Assembly: GCA_958267355.1 (NCBI GenBank)
Contig: OY279575.1
Location: 540,335-604,334 of the forward strand
DNA from: an uncultured Alphaproteobacteria bacterium
Lineage (GTDB): Bacteria > Pseudomonadota > Alphaproteobacteria > JALCBB01
Direction: 5' to 3'
Length of the DNA: 64,000 bases
Below are positions 49,715 through 59,900 of this stretch, piece after piece. The notes under the pieces are model-generated. The model made no database searches, had not been told where the DNA came from, and saw only the letters and a list, made by a program, of their open reading frames with translations. Position numbers and translations under genes: made by a program. Numbering within the stretch: position 1 is the stretch's first letter; each line of letters starts with the position of its first letter.

Positions 49715-51325
49715 ATGCCAGCAGTAGCCTCAGCACGCAGTGCCTTGAAAATCACCTTTCACGGGCGCGAAGCCTTGCCTCCGCATGGAGCCGCCATCGC
49801 TGTGCCGCTTGGGGCGGGCGGGAGCTTTCCTGCCGTCACGCGGCGGATTGACGCAAAGCTGGGGGGCTTATTGAAAGACGCGGCTACGCGGGCAGAATGC
49901 ACGGGAGCGGCAGGTGAAGTTCTAGAAGTTTTTACGCCGCAGGAAAGCGGATTGTCGCGGGTCTTTTTGTATGGAACGACTCCGCAGCAGGATTTGCCTG
50001 AAGGTAAGGCGAGTCGTGCTGGACGGAATGAGAAGAAAACTTTTCCTGAACAGCCTGTGTCAAGAATTCCTGCCTTGAGTGCGACTCTGGCGGCTGAAAA
50101 GGCAGGAGCCATTTTGTATGCCAAAGCGGTTGCGGCAAAAGTGCAGGGCAAGGAGTTGTGGCTTGTTTCTGACTCAAGCACGCGGGCTTTGTCTGTGGCT
50201 GAAGGAGCGTTACTCCGTTCGTGGCGTTTTACCACCCACCACACACGCGGAGCCATGCACGGCGAAGCAAAGGTGCAGGCTTTGCGGGTTGTGACTACGG
50301 CGGGCAGGGGGCTTGAGCGTTCGTTTGTTGCTTACAAGGCGCGGGCACGCGGAAATGAAATTGCTAAGGCTTTGGTTTCGGAGTCTCCCAATTGGTTGTA
50401 TCCCGAATCTTTTGTGGCGGTGGCGAAGCGTGATTTGCCGCCTTTGGGGGTTAAGGTTTCGTCCTTGGGTGAAACGGAAATGCGCCGTCTAAATATGGGA
50501 GCATTGCTAGGCGTGGCGCAGGGGTCTGTGCGCAAGCCGCGTCTGCTGGTGATGGAGTACAAGGGTGCACCTGCGAGTGAAAAGCCTGTGCTCTTGGTGG
50601 GCAAGGGAGTCTGCTTTGACACGGGGGGAATTTCGCTCAAGCCCCCTAAGGGTATGGAAGATATGAAATACGATATGGGTGGAGCCGCCGCTGTCACAGG
50701 AGCCATAGCGGCAATCGCAGGACGCAAAGCACGGGCGAATGTTGTGGCGTTAGCGGGCTTGGTGGAAAATATGCCTGATGGTAATGCGCAACGTCCGAGC
50801 GATATTGTTTATTCGGCGTCGGGACAGACAATTGAAGTTCTGAACACCGATGCTGAAGGAAGACTCGTCCTTGCGGATGCGCTTTGGTATGCGCAGAAGT
50901 ATTACAAGCCGCGAGCGATTGTGGATCTAGCGACTTTGACAGGAGCTATGGTCGTGGCTTTGGGTAGTACGCGGGCTGGGTGCTTTGCCAATGATGACAG
51001 GCTTGCTAGGGCTTTGCTGGCGGCGGGCGAGCGGGTTGCTGAGCCTTTGTGGCGGTTTCCGTTGGAGCCCGATTACGACAAGCTGTTGGATTCTCCAGCG
51101 GCTGATATGCAGAATATCAGCCCGGGCTATGGAGCGGGTTCTATTACGGCGGCACAGTTCTTACAGCGATTTGTGGATCGGCGTGTGCCTTGGGCGCATT
51201 TAGACATTGCTGGCGTTGCTTGGCGGCACGGTGGCAGCTTAGAAGCCGCCAAGGGAGCAACGGGCTATGGTGTGCGGCTTTTGAATGAATATGTTTTGAG
51301 TACAGAACGCGGTAGCCGCCGCTAG
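49715..51325 (+). CDS. pepA: leucyl aminopeptidase (M17)
   Basis: NTDAEGRLVLADAL and other M17 active-site motifs. Confidence 0.9.
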   Translation: MPAVASARSALKITFHGREALPPHGAAIAVPLGAGGSFPAVTRRIDAKLGGLLKDAATRAECTGAAGEVLEVFTPQESGLSRVFLYGTTPQQDLPEGKASRAGRNEKKTFPEQPVSRIPALSATLAAEKAGAILYAKAVAAKVQGKELWLVSDSSTRALSVAEGALLRSWRFTTHHTRGAMHGEAKVQALRVVTTAGRGLERSFVAYKARARGNEIAKALVSESPNWLYPESFVAVAKRDLPPLGVKVSSLGETEMRRLNMGALLGVAQGSVRKPRLLVMEYKGAPASEKPVLLVGKGVCFDTGGISLKPPKGMEDMKYDMGGAAAVTGAIAAIAGRKARANVVALAGLVENMPDGNAQRPSDIVYSASGQTIEVLNTDAEGRLVLADALWYAQKYYKPRAIVDLATLTGAMVVALGSTRAGCFANDDRLARALLAAGERVAEPLWRFPLEPDYDKLLDSPAADMQNISPGYGAGSITAAQFLQRFVDRRVPWAHLDIAGVAWRHGGSLEAAKGATGYGVRLLNEYVLSTERGSRR

Positions 51326-51354
51326 GGTTTCGCTGGGGTTTTGCTAGAGTTTTT

Positions 51355-51834
51355 ATGGCTAAGGCAGATACAGCAGGAGCAGAGCTAGGAGTCTATCTTT
51401 GCTCGGCGGGGCGTGAATTTGCGTCTTTGCGCAGTTTGCTGACCCGAGCTTTAGAGTCGGGGGCACGGGCGGTGGTGCGAGTGCGTGAAGAAGAAAGCGA
51501 AGCTTTAGACAAGCGGCTCTGGCACGGCTCGGACTCGGGTATTCTTTTGCCCCACGGAGATGCAACAGCTCCACAGGCTGACCGTCAGCCGATTGTTCTA
51601 ATCACAGAAGGGCAAGCCGAGACCAAGCCTAGCAACGGGGCGCGTTTGTGGTTTCAATATCTTGCTCCGCGTGTGGCTTTGCCTGAAGTGAATCGTTTTG
51701 ACCGTATGTTTGTCATTGCTGTGGAAGGCTCGTTGGGTGCAGTCCAGTTTGACGAATGGCGGGCGAGCGGTTATGTAGTGCGTCTCTGGCGGCAGGATGA
51801 GTCTAACCACTGGCGTGAAGAAAAACCTGAATAG
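51355..51834 (+). CDS. holC: DNA polymerase III chi subunit
   Basis: HolC-like pattern (VYLCSAG...GARAVVRV...EALDKRLW...LLPHGDA) and the conserved position downstream of pepA. Confidence 0.7.
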   Translation: MAKADTAGAELGVYLCSAGREFASLRSLLTRALESGARAVVRVREEESEALDKRLWHGSDSGILLPHGDATAPQADRQPIVLITEGQAETKPSNGARLWFQYLAPRVALPEVNRFDRMFVIAVEGSLGAVQFDEWRASGYVVRLWRQDESNHWREEKPE

Positions 51835-51864
51835 AAGAAACACCTAAATAGAAGGAAAACAACA

Positions 51865-52287
51865 ATGGCGATTGAGCGCACTTTATCCATTTTGAAGCCC
51901 GATGCATGCCTGCGCAATCTAACGGGGCGGATTATGACTGTGATTGAAGACTCGGGCTTGCGGGTTGTGGCGGGCAAACGTCTGCAGCTCACCCAAGAGC
52001 GGGCAGAAGCTTTTTATGCGGTTCATAAAGACCGCCCATTTTTTGGTGATTTGGTTTCCTATATGATTTCGGGTCCTGTTGAAGTCCGTGTTTTAGAAGG
52101 CGAAGGCGCAGTTGCTAAGTACCGTGAGATTATGGGTGCAACCAATCCTGCGGAAGCGGCTGACGGGACAATCCGCAAGCTGTTTGCAGAAAATGTAGAG
52201 CGCAATTCAGTCCATGGCTCCGATAGCCAAGAAAACGCGGCGAAAGAAATCGCCTTCTTCTTCACCCCCGAAGAATTCACAGGCTGA
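51865..52287 (+). CDS. ndk: nucleoside-diphosphate kinase
   Basis: [11 protein letters not shown]...NSVHGSDS with the catalytic His. Confidence 0.95.
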   Translation: MAIERTLSILKPDACLRNLTGRIMTVIEDSGLRVVAGKRLQLTQERAEAFYAVHKDRPFFGDLVSYMISGPVEVRVLEGEGAVAKYREIMGATNPAEAADGTIRKLFAENVERNSVHGSDSQENAAKEIAFFFTPEEFTG

Positions 52288-52581
52288 AGTTATCCACACG
52301 AACAAATTGGCAATCATTAAAATTCACGAACAATTTACGGCAAAAAATTAAAACTTTTTCACAGATTAAAATTCTTCCACAGAATAGATTTTGCCTTTCC
52401 ACAAGAGAGTAGGGCAGGTCATACCAGCCCAGTGGTTAAGACTCTTACAGTGCTTGCCAAGCATTCTTGAAATGCTTTGTAAGCAGTTCGCATTCCACCC
52501 AATGTTTGCGGATCTGCATGGAGCTACCGCGTCCCTTGCCTCCACCAATAGGCATAGGCATGGACGTACGGGGGGAGGCAG

Positions 52582-53877
52582 ATGGGGCAGGGCAATGCTA
52601 TTGCACACCAAACGGTGTGCCTATGTTTCAGGCAATACGGACTTGCAGTTTTGCTGTTGAGTTTCGTTCCTGTGTTTTTAGCGGGGTGTCAAACCGCGTA
52701 TCTTGGTGAGTCGGTTTTTATTTCTCGTCCGAGTTCTGCGACTTTGCTGGCGATTGCTCTCAGAGAAAAATCTGCGTGGGACGATAATTCTGAAAATCGC
52801 CATAGCAAAAATACGCAAAAACATACTGTCACGAATGGAGTGACTCCTGTTCAGATAGATGAAACCAAACCGCTCACGAAAACCGAAGAAAAATATTTAC
52901 AAAAAATTCTTGACCAAGCTATAACCCCACCACCACCCAAGCCGAATGTTTCGCAGATTCCATCTGAGCCAGTACCAGAACTGCGTGAGCCAGAATTGCG
53001 TGAAAAAGAAGAAGAAACAGTAGGGCAAATCGCACCCCTGTTAGAAAAGCCGATTGACTCCATCGCAATAGATATAAAATCACGCACACAGCCTGACCCC
53101 GAACCTGCAGTCATAGAATTCCGTCCGCCTGAAGTTGAAACCAACACAAGCGAAGTTCAGCTTAATCCCGAGCCCGTATCGGAAAAACTAAAAATGGAAA
53201 CAATACCCAAGCCGCAAACGAACTTTAAACCCATAGATGTGCAGGTAGAAATCCACGAGCCGAAAGTCATAGAAGAAGAATTTACAGCCCAGCAAGTAAG
53301 CGTAAGCTTAAACAAGCCTAGCCCCCAACCCGAACCCGAAGAGCAAGACCCAACAGAAGTGGAGCTAAACAATAGCGTAGTGGTACGCAAAAATATGTTC
53401 GTGCTGGGAGAGCCAGACCCTGACCCTGAAAGAGTAGAAATAGAAATCTACGCACCAAAAATCGTAGAAGAAATATTTACATCACAAAGCATAAGTCTAC
53501 ACCTAGATGAACCTGACCCTGAACGCGATGCACCCGAGACAAGTATATATGAAATCCAGTTTGACAATACAGTCTTCGTAGAAAGCACAGACACAAGTGC
53601 ACCCGATGTGTTAAATGTGCCAAATCCTGACCCTGAAACAGTAGTGGTAGAATTCATACTTACACCCCCTGACCTTGACCTTATAGAAGTCAAAGCAGTG
53701 ATGACAATAGATACTGGCGCACCAAGTCCTAATGACGAAGACCATACAGACGGCGGAGCGGATAGCACCGTAGATGACAGTCCAGAAAGCCTTCACGAAG
53801 TTAGCAAAGACCAGACAGATAAATACGGCTTGGGAGATGCAGAAGACTTATTAAACTCCTTTTTGGGAGGCTTTTAA
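52582..53877 (+). CDS. acidic repeat lipoprotein (unknown function)
   Basis: Lipobox LAGC, very acidic and AT-rich, internal ~40-aa repeats (PDPDPE...IE/VEIYAPKIVEEIFT). Confidence 0.6.
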   Translation: MGQGNAIAHQTVCLCFRQYGLAVLLLSFVPVFLAGCQTAYLGESVFISRPSSATLLAIALREKSAWDDNSENRHSKNTQKHTVTNGVTPVQIDETKPLTKTEEKYLQKILDQAITPPPPKPNVSQIPSEPVPELREPELREKEEETVGQIAPLLEKPIDSIAIDIKSRTQPDPEPAVIEFRPPEVETNTSEVQLNPEPVSEKLKMETIPKPQTNFKPIDVQVEIHEPKVIEEEFTAQQVSVSLNKPSPQPEPEEQDPTEVELNNSVVVRKNMFVLGEPDPDPERVEIEIYAPKIVEEIFTSQSISLHLDEPDPERDAPETSIYEIQFDNTVFVESTDTSAPDVLNVPNPDPETVVVEFILTPPDLDLIEVKAVMTIDTGAPSPNDEDHTDGGADSTVDDSPESLHEVSKDQTDKYGLGDAEDLLNSFLGGF

Positions 53878-53889
53878 GCGCACCTGTGC

Positions 53890-54012
53890 TTAAGCAAAAA
53901 TAAACGCGAGAATAATAAGAACAATTGCCGCAGAAACGAAGCCAATACCCATTCCGCGAATGAAGTTGGTGTAGGTTTGCTTGCGCTCTTCTTCTGAAAC
54001 TTGTGCGGTCAT
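53890..54012 (-). CDS. small membrane protein resembling bacterial aa3-type cytochrome c oxidase subunit IV
   Basis: 40 aa (MTAQVSEEERKQTYTNFIRGMGIGFVSAAIVLIILAFIFA) with GGAGG 7 nt upstream of ATG 54012. The listed ORF 53890..54342 is over-extended through a tandem repeat. Confidence 0.5.
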   Translation of the reverse strand: MTAQVSEEERKQTYTNFIRGMGIGFVSAAIVLIILAFIFA

Positions 54013-54029
54013 GGTGATTCCTCCCGTGG

Positions 54030-54190
54030 TATCGCTTGTGGTTTTAGCCTTGGTCTTGGCTGTGATACTGCCCGTGGTGTTAGCCGTGTTATTGCTCGTG
54101 GCGTTAGCTGTGTTATTGCCCGTAGCGTTAGCTGTGCTACTGCCCGTAGCGTTAGCCGTGGTCTTGGCTGTAGCCCTGCGCAGGTTGGGG
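54030..54190. repeat. 21-bp tandem repeat (about 6 copies)
   Basis: gttagcYgtgYtaYtgcYcgtRgc units, read directly from the sequence. Confidence 0.85.
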
Positions 54191-54226
54191 TTAAGGATTC
54201 CAGTACTTGCGCCAATTGGCAAGACT

Positions 54227-56413
54227 TCAAGATGGCGACTCCTTTTGGTAAAGCCTACAAAGCTCTGCGGCTTCTTTTTGTCCGATTTTGTGGCGGATGG
54301 TAATTTCCGCAAGGCGACGGGCGAGCGGTAGCAAATCACCATGCTCGGGAATTGACACCAAGCGATATTCAGGATCTCCGTGCTGTCGGGTGCCGATTAA
54401 ATCGCCACTGCCACGCAGACGCAGGTCTTGCTCGGCAAGGACAAAGCCATTGTGCTCCTTGCGGATCAGTGCAAGCCGTTCTTTAGAGTGAATCCCAAGG
54501 GGGGCGCGATAGAGTAGCAAACACGAACTTGTTTGACCGCTCCGCCCAATCCGCCCGCGCAACTGGTGGAGCTGTGCCAAGCCAAACCGTTCAGCGTTTT
54601 CTACCACCATAATTTCAGCAGTCGGTACATCTACACCGACTTCTACGACAGTTGTTGCAACCAAAAGCGGGCGCGTACCTTCAGCAAAGGCAGAAATTGC
54701 ATCGCTTTTTTCTTGTGGCTTCATCTTGCCGTGAATGGAACCAACTTGTTGCGGAAAACACTCCGCTAAATATTTTGCTCTGTCTTCTACAGAAGTTAAG
54801 CCTTTGTGTTCTTCTTGCGAGTCTGTTTCCGCCGAGTCGTCTGCCAACAAGCGCGGACAAACCCAAAAGACTCTCGCCCCCTGCTTCAAACGCGGAGCCA
54901 AACGCGCAATCACTTCATCAAAGCGTGTCGCAGGTAGCACTTTCGTAGAAACAGGCGGACGACCATGCGGTAATTCGTCTAGAGTAGAAACCGATAGGTC
55001 TCCGTAGCTTGTCATTAACAAAGTACGCGGAATCGGCGTAGCACTCATCGCTAACAAATCTGCCTTATGCTTCTTACCTGCCTTCGCCGCCAAGGCAGTG
55101 CGTTGGCGGACTCCAAAGCGATGCTGTTCATCAATAACCGCAAAGCGCAAATCTTTAAACACCACCGAGTCGGCATAGAGCGCATGGGTGCCAATGGCAA
55201 GCTGGGCTGTACCATCAGCAAGACTCGTGTGAATCTGCTTCTGTGCCTTGGCAGTCATACCGCCAATCAATAAAACTATCTTCACGCCCAACTGAGTCGC
55301 CAGTGGTTGTAGACGCTCATAGTGCTGGCGGGCAAGAACTTCAGTCGGAGCCATTAAGGCAACTTGTCCGCCTGTTTCTACCACCGCCAAAGCTGCCAAA
55401 AACGCCACCGCTGTCTTGCCACTGCCAACTTCTCCATGGAGCAAACGCATCATACGGTCAGACGAAGCTAAGTCCTTAACAATTTCACCAAGCGCGCGAG
55501 TCTGCGCCCGAGTCAAAGTAAAGGGCAGAGCTTTTTGTCCTTGGCGTAAAAGCGGCGAAGAAGTTTTGGCGTTACTTTGCCCTCCTGTGCGGTTATGACG
55601 GCGGGCTTGCGACAAAACAAGCTGGTGGGCAAACAGCTCGTCCAAAGCCAAAACCCGCCGCTCAGGAGAGTCCGCCGTCAAAGAAGCAAGAGCGGCTTGT
55701 CCGTCGCTAGGCCTATGCAAGCCACGCAACGCCGTAAAGCGACTCGGAAGCCCGCCCAAGATCTCAGCCGCCCGTAGGTCTTCGTTACCACCTTCCGACT
55801 GCAAATGCGTAGCCCATTTGCCATAGGGAGCTTTCGCCGAAGCCTTCGCGTCTTCCTGCGGCAAGAACAACAAAGCTTGGGCAATTGACTCACGGACAAT
55901 GTGCTGCGATAGCTCCTTCACCAACGGATAGACTGGCTCAGGAACCCGCAAAGCAGCAACAGCCGTTTCAGGCTCAACCCGTTTCGGATGGGCAATCCGT
56001 GGCACAACAGCATTGCGCTCCACCTTGCCCGCAATCGCCAAACGCACACGCGGACGAAACGTTTTACGAAGCCAAGCCGCTTGTCCGCGAAAATACAAAA
56101 TCTGCAGGTGCTGGCCTGAATCATCCTGACAGTGAATCACCCACGGCTGACGCGGATGACGCGGCTGAACCACCGACAAGACCTGCACAACAAAGACTCC
56201 ATCTGTGCCGTGTGGCGTGTCAGCAAGCGAAGAAGCCTGACTACGGTCAACAAAGTTAAGCGGCAAGACAAACAGTAAATCCGCAAGCCGCGTGCCGTGT
56301 GCCAAATTGCTTAAGGCTTCACCGCGTTGTGGCCCCACGCCCTTGAGACTCGTCAAGGGAAGCCACAAAGCGTCGGGCAGGATTGTTTGCCGCGGAGTTT
56401 TTTCTTTCGCCAT
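54227..56413 (-). CDS. recG: ATP-dependent DNA helicase RecG
   Basis: Helicase motifs (GEVGSGKT, DEQHRFGV, QLHQLRGRIGRSG) and a wedge-domain N-terminus. Confidence 0.92.
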   Translation of the reverse strand: MAKEKTPRQTILPDALWLPLTSLKGVGPQRGEALSNLAHGTRLADLLFVLPLNFVDRSQASSLADTPHGTDGVFVVQVLSVVQPRHPRQPWVIHCQDDSGQHLQILYFRGQAAWLRKTFRPRVRLAIAGKVERNAVVPRIAHPKRVEPETAVAALRVPEPVYPLVKELSQHIVRESIAQALLFLPQEDAKASAKAPYGKWATHLQSEGGNEDLRAAEILGGLPSRFTALRGLHRPSDGQAALASLTADSPERRVLALDELFAHQLVLSQARRHNRTGGQSNAKTSSPLLRQGQKALPFTLTRAQTRALGEIVKDLASSDRMMRLLHGEVGSGKTAVAFLAALAVVETGGQVALMAPTEVLARQHYERLQPLATQLGVKIVLLIGGMTAKAQKQIHTSLADGTAQLAIGTHALYADSVVFKDLRFAVIDEQHRFGVRQRTALAAKAGKKHKADLLAMSATPIPRTLLMTSYGDLSVSTLDELPHGRPPVSTKVLPATRFDEVIARLAPRLKQGARVFWVCPRLLADDSAETDSQEEHKGLTSVEDRAKYLAECFPQQVGSIHGKMKPQEKSDAISAFAEGTRPLLVATTVVEVGVDVPTAEIMVVENAERFGLAQLHQLRGRIGRSGQTSSCLLLYRAPLGIHSKERLALIRKEHNGFVLAEQDLRLRGSGDLIGTRQHGDPEYRLVSIPEHGDLLPLARRLAEITIRHKIGQKEAAELCRLYQKESPS

Positions 56414-56424
56414 AAACAGACTTT

Positions 56425-56520
56425 ACCAACAGAACAAAACAGACTGTAAAGATAAAACAGATTGTGCAGATTGTAAGGATAAAGCAGACTGTAAAGACAA
56501 AGCAGATTGTAAAACAAGTC
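56425..56520. repeat. 12-bp tandem repeat (CAGAYTGTAAAG-like, ~6 copies) in the recG/sdhE-mfd divergent region
   Basis: Direct reading. Confidence 0.85.
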
Positions 56521-56673
56521 TATACAGACTTGCATTTTTACCAGCGGCGGCGGACTATAAGCTGTCCTGCAGGTTTTCCGCGCTTGCCAGAAACAAGCGA
56601 GCGCAAAAAAGCCACGCGGGCCTACAGCTATTTAATCACCACTTTACACCCCTCAAGCAACGGGCTGTTCTTC

Positions 56674-56961
56674 GTGAATTTGCATCTCTCCCCCACCGCA
56701 CTTGAATCCCTGCGCAAACGGCTGAGACACCAATCAGCACAACGCGGAATGCGCGAGCTAGACCTACTGCTAGGCGCATGGGCAGAAAAACACCTGGCGG
56801 ACTTGTCTGAGCCAGAACTGCTCGCCTACGAGCAGATTTTAACCCTCGGTGAGCCGGTGCTGTGGCACTTCCTACGCGAAGCAAGCGCACCTGTGCCAGA
56901 AGACCTAGACGCAAGCACACAAGCCCTGCTGGTGCGTATCCGTGCGGATTCCATCCCGTGA
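56674..56961 (+). CDS. sdhE: SdhE/DUF339-like FAD assembly factor
   Basis: RGMRELDLLLGAWAEKHLADLSEPELLAYEQIL matches the SdhE core. GTG start inferred, and the gene sits in the conserved recG-sdhE-mfd context. Confidence 0.6.
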   Translation: MNLHLSPTALESLRKRLRHQSAQRGMRELDLLLGAWAEKHLADLSEPELLAYEQILTLGEPVLWHFLREASAPVPEDLDASTQALLVRIRADSIP

Positions 56962-59900
56962 GCAGGCAGGCTGACTTCGCAGGCTCCGAGCCATGGCGCC
57001 TACTGTCACTCACAGAGCACCTAAAGGCACAGCAAACCCGCGCTGTGCTTGTCACGCCCGATAGAGCAGCCCTAGAACGCGCCTGCCTATCGGTACAGTT
57101 TTTTGCTCCTGAGCTTGAAGTTTTACGCTTTCCTGCTTGGGATTGTCGCCCTTACGATTCCCTGTCTCCATCGGCAGAGACAATGGCTCTGCGCCTGTCG
57201 TGCCTGCACCGCCTTAGCGAGTTGCAAAACGGGCAAGACGCGCAAGACACAGGGACTCCGCTTTTGGTGATTACTTCTGTGGCGGCGGTGTTGCAGCGTG
57301 TTGCTCCGCGGACTTGGTTTGCTGGACGCTCGCAAATCCTAAAACAAGGCACAACAAGCGGCTTGGATTCCGTGCGTGAATTTTTACATCGCAATGGCTA
57401 TCGCCGCGTAGAAAATGTTGCACTGGCGGGCGAATATGCTGTGCGGGGTGGCTTGTTAGATGTACTTACGCCTGCGGCTTTTACTCCTGCGGCTTTTGAA
57501 GCTTCAAGCGAAGAAGCCAAGTCCGAAGGCGGACATGCCTTGCGGCTAGATTTTTTCGGCGAAGAGCTAGAGCGCATTCGGGTTTTTGATCCTGTAAGCC
57601 AACGCAGTTTGGCGGAAGTGAATTCGGCGGTATTGCTTCCAGCTTCGGAAGTTTTGGCAGACGCGAAAGCCATAAAGCGGTTTCGCCTTGGCTGGCGCAA
57701 ACACTTCGGAGCCCAAGCCACACGCGATGGTCTTTATCGTCAGATGAGTGCTTTGGCGGACTCAAGCGCAGAGTCCCAAAATCACAATGGACAAACCCAC
57801 GATTCTTTGGGCGAAGCTTCCATCGTTGCGACAGGAGCCGATGGTGTGGGTTTATTTCACCACCTACCGCTTTTGCACGAGTCCATGGAGACCTTGGCTG
57901 ACTTTCTACCGCGAACAAACTTTTACTTAGAGCCGCAAGTTCCTGACTATGCGCGCTTGCGAGAAGATGAAGTGCAACGCGGCTACACGACACGCACGGA
58001 GTTAGAAGCTAGAGAAAATAAGGCGCGGCGAAAGTCTGCTTTGCAGTACGAAGTTTTGGAAGCCGAAACGCAACGGGCTTTGCCAACCGAAGCTCTGTAT
58101 CTAAAACAGCAGGAGCTAGAAGCCACGATCAAGAAGACAGGCGGACAAGTTATCCTTGGCACAGATGAAGTCAAGGGCGATGGTGTAGTTCTTGCGCGTG
58201 ATTTTGCGAGTGCTCGTGGCACGGGCAAGCTACTTGAAGAGTTGAAGCAAGAAATACAGGCGCAAAGGCGGGCGAAACGCCGTGTATTGTTTGCGTGTTT
58301 TTCGGAGAATAGTCTTGAGCATTTGCGTGGTTTGTTGAGCGAAAACGAGCTGACGGAAGTGCAAAAAGTTACAAGCCTTGCTGAACTGGAGTCTTTGCCA
58401 ATTGAAATTGCGGGCTTGGCACTCTTACCGTTGGGACATGGATTTTATCGTGAAGGTTTGTGTATTTTTGGTGAATATGACTTGCTGGGCAAGCGGGTGC
58501 AGACTCGTGGAAAGACTCGCCATGCTGAAGATTTTGTTGAAGCTTTAGCGGGCTTGCATGAGTTAGAGCCGCAGGATTTGGTAGTGCATCACGCGCATGG
58601 TATTGGACAATTTTTGGGTTTAGAGACGCTGGTTGCGGATAAGAAGCCGCACGATTGTTTGCGGGTAGCCTATCGTGGCGGGGATAGCATCTTGGTGCCT
58701 GTTGAGCATATGGATTTGCTTTCACGCTATGGCGGCAAGACGCAAGATGTTGAGCTTGATCTTCTGGGGCGGAGTGGCTGGCAGTTGCGGCAAGCCCGTG
58801 TGCGCGGAAGGCTTCGTGATATGGCGGAGCGTTTGATTGCCTTAGCGGTGGAGCGGGCTGAGTTGCGGGTTGAGCCGACGCTAGCGGACTTGGCTTTGTA
58901 TGAGCGGTTTAAGTCGGGTTTTGGCTGGGTGGAGACTCCAGACCAGCAGGAAGCGATTGCGGCGGTGGAGGAGTCGCTTTCGCTTGCCCATCCGATGGAA
59001 CGTATGATTTGCGGAGATGCGGGTTTTGGCAAGACTGAAATTGCGTTACGGGCTTCTTGTTTGGTGGCGGCGAGTGGCAGGCAGGTTGCGATTGTGGCTC
59101 CGACGACTTTGCTGGCGCACCAGCATTACCGCAACTTCAAGGAGCGGTTTGCCGATTTGCCGTTTCGGGTGGCGCAGTTTTCGCGGTTGGTGCCTGAAGC
59201 CCAGCAGAAGGAGTCGCGTGCGCTTTTGGCGGCGGGGAAGGTGGATATAGCCGTTGGCACGCACGCGCTTTTGGCGGAGCGTATTTCTTTTGCTGACCTT
59301 GGGCTTTTGGTGATTGATGAAGAGCAGCGTTTTGGCGTGAAGCAGAAGGAGCGGCTTAAGGGTTTGCGCTTGCCGCCCAATGAGGGAAAGAGCGAGAGAA
59401 AAGGCGAGGGAAAGAGTGAAAGACAAGGTGAAAAAAAGGGTGAGAAAAAGAGCGCAAGCGAGTCAGAAAACAGCAAGGAGAAAAATAGTTTAGTTAATGC
59501 GCCGCATGTTTTGACTTTGTCGGCGACTCCGATTCCGCGTACTTTGCAGCAGGCGTTGCATGGGATTACGGATATGAGTTTAATTTCCACGCCGCCGCCG
59601 ATGCGCACGGCTGTGCGTACTTTTATTGGCACTTGGGATTCGGCGGCTGTGCGTGAAGCCCTGTTGCGGGAGAAGCGGCGTGGTGGGCAATCGTTTGTTG
59701 TTGTGCCGCAGGTGCGTGATTTGGAGTCGTTGCGTGATGATTTGGAGCGGCTTGTTCCTGAGCTTAGTGTTTGTCAGCTTCATGGTGGTGTATCTGCGGC
59801 TGAGTTGGAAGAAACAATGGTGGCGTTTTTGCGTGGTGATTATGATGTACTGCTATCCACGGACATTATTGAGTCGGGCTTAGATATTCCGCGGGCGAAT

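Noticed and set aside
48342-49736. N-terminal 83-aa extension of the LptF/G ORF (GRFPVGFPVGLPVGFPVDF)
   Set aside because: The extension translates the 12-bp CCCACTGG tandem repeat. Permease homology starts at ATG 49487.
52380-52580. Possible tRNA or ncRNA in the AT-rich gap before the acidic lipoprotein gene
   Set aside because: Only a short palindrome (gcattcttgaaatgc) is present. No cloverleaf with acceptor and T-arm could be built.
53890-54342. 150-aa ORF with TANATGNNTANAT repeats
   Set aside because: The upstream two-thirds is a translated 21-bp tandem repeat. The real gene is probably the 40-aa C-terminal part, which has its own strong RBS.
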